Shown here piece by piece: positions 61,557-64,000 of a stretch of 64,000 nucleotides of DNA. Within the stretch, counting starts at the first letter, position 1; every line of letters begins with the position of its first letter. The position numbers and the translations under genes are program-made. The notes beneath the pieces are model-generated. The model saw only the letters and a list, made by a program, of their open reading frames with translations, was not told the origin of the DNA and did no database searches. The stretch comes from Tubiluchus corallicola (Eukaryota > Animalia > Priapulida), in assembly GCA_030141605.1 (NCBI GenBank), contig JAQGDQ010000094.1:558001-622000 (forward strand), written 5' to 3'.

Positions 61557-63735
61557 TTATTGTATTATTCACGTTCGTATTTAAAAGACTCACTTGACAA
61601 TCAAATACCGTATGATAACAATCATGAGCTAAATTATTGTTTTTACAATGGCCTGTTGCTTGAATCTCGTTCCATGCTTATGTCATAATTTAAAAAAATA
61701 TTTTCACTAATTAACTATTAAATGAGCTAAGCATGTTCTCTAAATAGTAATAATACATGTAATTGTTGTTTCAACAGAAATCTTTGCTGAAGTCTTTTTT
61801 ATGCTGATTTCAATAAAACTAAAGACTTAGGAATCACTTCAGTACATTTCTAATTCAGTAAGCCGTTTTTCATAGAATTATAACTTTATATGTACCTAAT
61901 TACAGACCCCTTATAAGTACAATTATTAAACTTTGCATTAAAATTTATACTAAAGTGGAAAGTTGTGCCTCATTAATAATAATTGCAGATTTGCAAGCGT
62001 ATTTGATTGTCAGGGGATAAAACGATTTTAATCTAAATGAGAGAAGCAAGTAACAAATCATTGTTTTCCAGTAAACAGGTTCGATTGGTGATTGGACAAA
62101 TGAGGCTGGGAAATACAAATTTTAAGGCTTTTCTGCATTTTATAGTATTTTTGAATTCCTTTTTCAGTTTCAATTTAAGAGGATCTCGTGTTGGATCTAT
62201 TAACTTTTGTTAATGTTTGATAATTTTTCTTTGAGATTTTTTTGTAGACAAACGTCCCATAATACCACATAATTATAGCTTGAACCATATGTCAATAACG
62301 TACTTGCTAATCCTTGGGTTTACGCCGCTTGACCAGTATTTGCTACTGATAGGAATCGCAGGTATTTACCATTTGTGTATATAGAAATCATAATTACATT
62401 ACTATGATGTTATTAAAATTAGCTTGTTGTTTGTTATTGTTATTTCAAGTTTTCAAATTGCTTTGTAACCGCCTGATTCCTCGTGTTGAAAGCACTAATT
62501 TTAACTTGTTGCTATTATTGGTTGGTACGTAAACGTGCCAGGACTAATATCCATTGTATTATTATTAAAATTTTTACATTAAATATTACCATTCTACCTA
62601 TGCCATTTTTGTCACTTTTGTAGCCTACTGTTCGTATGTTGTAAAAACAGTTTGAAATTACCCGTTTAATTTTTTCTTGTAAAATAATAACGAGATCTTT
62701 TAAATTACCTTCTTCTTGATGATAGAATCGTTACTGTTTGGTACATAATTTCTATGTATTGTGCAATTCTAACATCCCGGTTTTAAATCAGTATTCCCAA
62801 TAAACGATTTTTTGTTATAACGTTGAGAAGTTAAGTGATCATTATACTTTCTGTTGTTATTGTAGCAGTGCACACAATAATTTCCAATCTTTCAACAGTA
62901 TTTTTTAACAATATTTCAAAGTCAGTTATTAATAAAATTTGATTGTTAGACCATCATCGTCGTACGTCCATCACGTTACATCTATTATAGCGCTGGGCAT
63001 GCAGAATTTTAAAATAAAAAAATCCGCCCTCGAGATAGCTAAACAAAGCAGTAATCCAGAAAAAACTAGTCACTGCTATTGTGGTGTCTGGTCAGCACCA
63101 TTTCCGTTCTCTTGAGCATCATTGAAACACTAAAATCTTGTTGGAGAACGCCGTTTACTAGTTGCGACATGCGTGCTGCCATCTAGGGCCTACAAAAAAT
63201 GTTATTAAGCAAGACAGAAGCTAGTGTTGTCCTTCCGCGGGTGTAAACGATGTGGTAGAGAAATGAGGTATTTAGGAAATTAAGTTAGATCCGGAATTTG
63301 AACGCAAGATCTTTGTCATTCAAAATGCACATGCTTCACCGACCAGACAAATGATTGACAACTGTCTCACTGAATGTTATTGAGCTGCTTTGTTTAGAAA
63401 TATTATGCTTATTTTTTAATTTATTTTTTATTTTAAATTTGTTTCATACATGTATACATAGCATTGTATAAAAATTAAAAATACTCAACTATACTACAAA
63501 ATAGCGGTAGAAATAAATAAAATATTTACATATGCATACATACACACCCAGACACAAAACATAAAATCACAAGACAGATCACTAAAAATACAATACACAG
63601 AGGCATGAAACTCAATAAAACTCACCTTAAAATGGTAAAAGATGTTGATTTCATAATGCAAAATATAGTTTGTAGTTTGTACCAGTTCGTCCATATAACT
63701 GTATTGTGATATGCAGAGTAAACATACAATTTATC

Positions 63736-63863
63736 AATAATATTATTAGGTATTTCTGCCAGCCCTTATATAAAGAATCCTGTTATTTTTCGTGTAATAA
63801 TATTATTAGGTATTTCTGCCAGCCCTTATATAAAGAATCCTGTTATCTTTCGTGTAATAATAT
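63736..63863. repeat. Recent 60-bp tandem duplication
   Basis: Two consecutive 60-bp units differing at one position (63787 t vs 63847 c). Confidence 0.97.
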
Positions 63864-63961
63864 CATAGTTTGGCTTAAATAAAACACAAGCCCAGTGATA
63901 TTTGGTTACTTTCATATGTTAAGTTTGTCCATTACCTTTCATCAGTACTAAACACTGTATA

Positions 63962-64000
63962 AACTAGAATGCAAGCACTAACGTGCTTGGATCCAGCACG
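63962..64000 (-). mobile_element. End of a second copy of the 54075-54659 HINE-like family (runs off the window)
   Basis: AACTAGAATG-CAAGCAC-TAAC-GTGCTTG-GATCCAGCACG: a 7-bp stem-loop plus a subterminal repeat nearly identical to 54083-54108. Confidence 0.6.

Overview
AT-rich animal (probably invertebrate) genomic DNA with GT-AG introns; it is not prokaryotic and has no CRISPR array. Three + strand protein-coding genes can be reconstructed by hand. (1) An LRRFIP1/2 orthologue with 11 coding exons (3034-18450, 397 aa), plus a 2.6-kb acidic ORF inside its first coding intron that looks like an alternative giant first exon. (2) A 5-exon, 282-aa type I membrane protein (25403-29184) with a signal peptide, a short ectodomain resembling a cytokine-receptor FN3 domain, one TM helix and two C-terminal PPxY motifs. 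(3) A Shaker/Kv1 potassium channel with an intronless CDS ending at 60462. Between them lie a decayed EGF-repeat pseudogene, CR1/L2 LINE fragments, tRNA- and 5S-derived SINE remnants, MITEs, Helentron-type non-autonomous elements, an internally deleted pogo-type transposon with perfect TIRs, and many micro- and minisatellites. All splice models come from sequence inspection only and need transcript confirmation.
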